64,000 nt of DNA, taken from Felis catus (Eukaryota). Numbering within the stretch: the first letter of the stretch is position 1; every line of letters starts with the position of its first letter. The translations under genes were made by a program, and so were the position numbers. Positions 63,031-64,000 of the stretch are shown here, piece by piece. Below the pieces are notes generated by a model. The model was not told the DNA's origin. It saw only the letters and a list, made by a program, of their open reading frames with translations, and did no database searches. Location: positions 184,576,001-184,640,000 of the forward strand of contig NC_058368.1 in the NCBI RefSeq assembly GCF_018350175.1, given 5' to 3'.

Positions 63031-63282
63031 CATAAAGGTCATTACTCATATTTATCTGCATGCGTTTAATAAGTTACATTCATAAATGCATCCAGAGTGG
63101 GCTCCAGCAAGTCATAAAAACAGACTGGAATAATAGAAGGTCATACATTTTGAAGGGATAGGAAGGATGACAAACATGGCAGAAGAACTAACAATAATTC
63201 CAACTTTCTCTACCTTCCACCGTGAACACTGGATTTTTCTGGCACACAACTCCCAGTGAAGTTCTGTATGACATTTCAGGAA
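63031..63282 (-). pseudogene. Cadherin exon remnant
   Basis: Acceptor ttgcaAG and strong donor ATG|GTGAGT. Translation PEMSYRTSLGVVCQKNPVFTVEGRE...LFL*LAGAHSGCIY resembles SY..SL.E...VFTV.A.D...F.I..SG.I. Confidence 0.55.
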
Positions 63283-63499
63283 CTTGCAAGGATAATGATT
63301 ACCAACAGTGCTCAACAAATGTTAGTATATTCCTCAATTATTTTTTTACATTTTCTCCTTTTTGTCCATTGTGTTGGCATCATTGCCGCCAGCTAGGTAT
63401 ATACGTGCAGTTACTAACAAAAGAGAACAGGCTCCACAATACACTACTAGAATTACCATCTGATTGATCAACAGTGTTCTCACTAACCCCTGTCTAATG

Positions 63500-63940
63500 A
63501 CTCACATGATTATCCTCCTAAAATTCTCAATATTTCCCAAGATTTCCCTTCCTTCATTCAATAAACTCATGAAATTCAACATCCTCCAGGAAGTCTTTGT
63601 TTCAGTCAGTGGGTTTAGCAAATTGATATTCTTCACCCCTCTCCCTTACTTCCTGTAATTTCCATTCAGATAATAGCTCAAATATCATCTCCACAATGAG
63701 GTCTTGCTTGGCTAACTCCTGTCACTAACTGTCTCTAAGTCACTGTCACATCACCATACTTAACTTTTATCATAGCATTTACCATTAGGGGACGTTATCT
63801 CTATACAGGTTTCTAATATGTCTGTTTATTTTATATCTTCCCAAAATAGAATTTGAGCTTCATGAGAGCAAGACTGTCTGTTTTACTTACTGGACTGTGA
63901 CTGGTACATTACAGATATTCAAGCATCCATTGGATGAAAT
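63500..63940 (+). mobile_element. L2 fragments
   Basis: ctcaaatatcatctcc...tagaatttgagcttcatgagagcaagactgtctgtttt. Confidence 0.7.
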
Positions 63941-64000
63941 CCAATCAAGCCTCTGGCCTAAATTTCAGTACCTCTGGACAGTAGGGAACTGAGGGAATAG

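Larger units (their letters stand above)
1810..63282 (-). pseudogene. Ancient decayed multi-exon giant cadherin gene (unitary pseudogene; roughly 25-30 EC-repeat remnants; 5' end probably outside the window)
   Basis: About 30 non-repeat islands on the minus strand give EC-repeat motifs in the correct internal order, usually with AG acceptors and often GT donors. Almost every remnant has stops and/or frameshifts. Identity with any named gene was not established. Confidence 0.8.

Noticed and set aside
1810..63282. Naming the fossil gene as FAT4, DCHS2, CDH23 or a CDHR member
   Set aside because: The remnants are too diverged to assign by eye and no database search was possible, so the symbol was left blank.
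1..64000. CRISPR arrays, operons or other prokaryotic or viral systems
   Set aside because: The sequence is mammalian, with no regular repeat-spacer arrays or gene-dense segments.

Overview
AT-rich mammalian genomic DNA, almost certainly from a cat or other felid: it carries many feline-type Can-SINEs and carnivore LINE-1s. No intact protein-coding gene is present. The ORF-track entries are repeat-derived or short, and a few are open fragments of decayed exons. More than half the window is interspersed repeat: L1, L2, CR1/L3, MIR, MaLR/ERV LTRs, hAT DNA transposons, 14 Can-SINEs and a U6 retropseudogene. The main hidden signal lies in the repeat-free islands. On the MINUS strand I find about 30 exon-sized remnants, many still bounded by AG/GT, whose manual translation (allowing stops and frameshifts) gives ordered extracellular-cadherin (EC) repeat motifs: PxF..Y..V.E, A.D.D.G.N, Y.I..GN, F.I...TG.I, LD(Y/R)E, A.DGG.P, V.V.D.ND. 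I interpret this as an ancient, heavily decayed, multi-exon unitary pseudogene of a giant FAT/Dachsous/CDH23-sized cadherin. It spans essentially the whole window and probably continues beyond position 64000. Several exons are split by transposons, including MER20 and MER3, which suggests the gene died around or before the eutherian radiation. All translations were done by eye, so individual exon calls and boundaries are provisional and need HMM or alignment confirmation.
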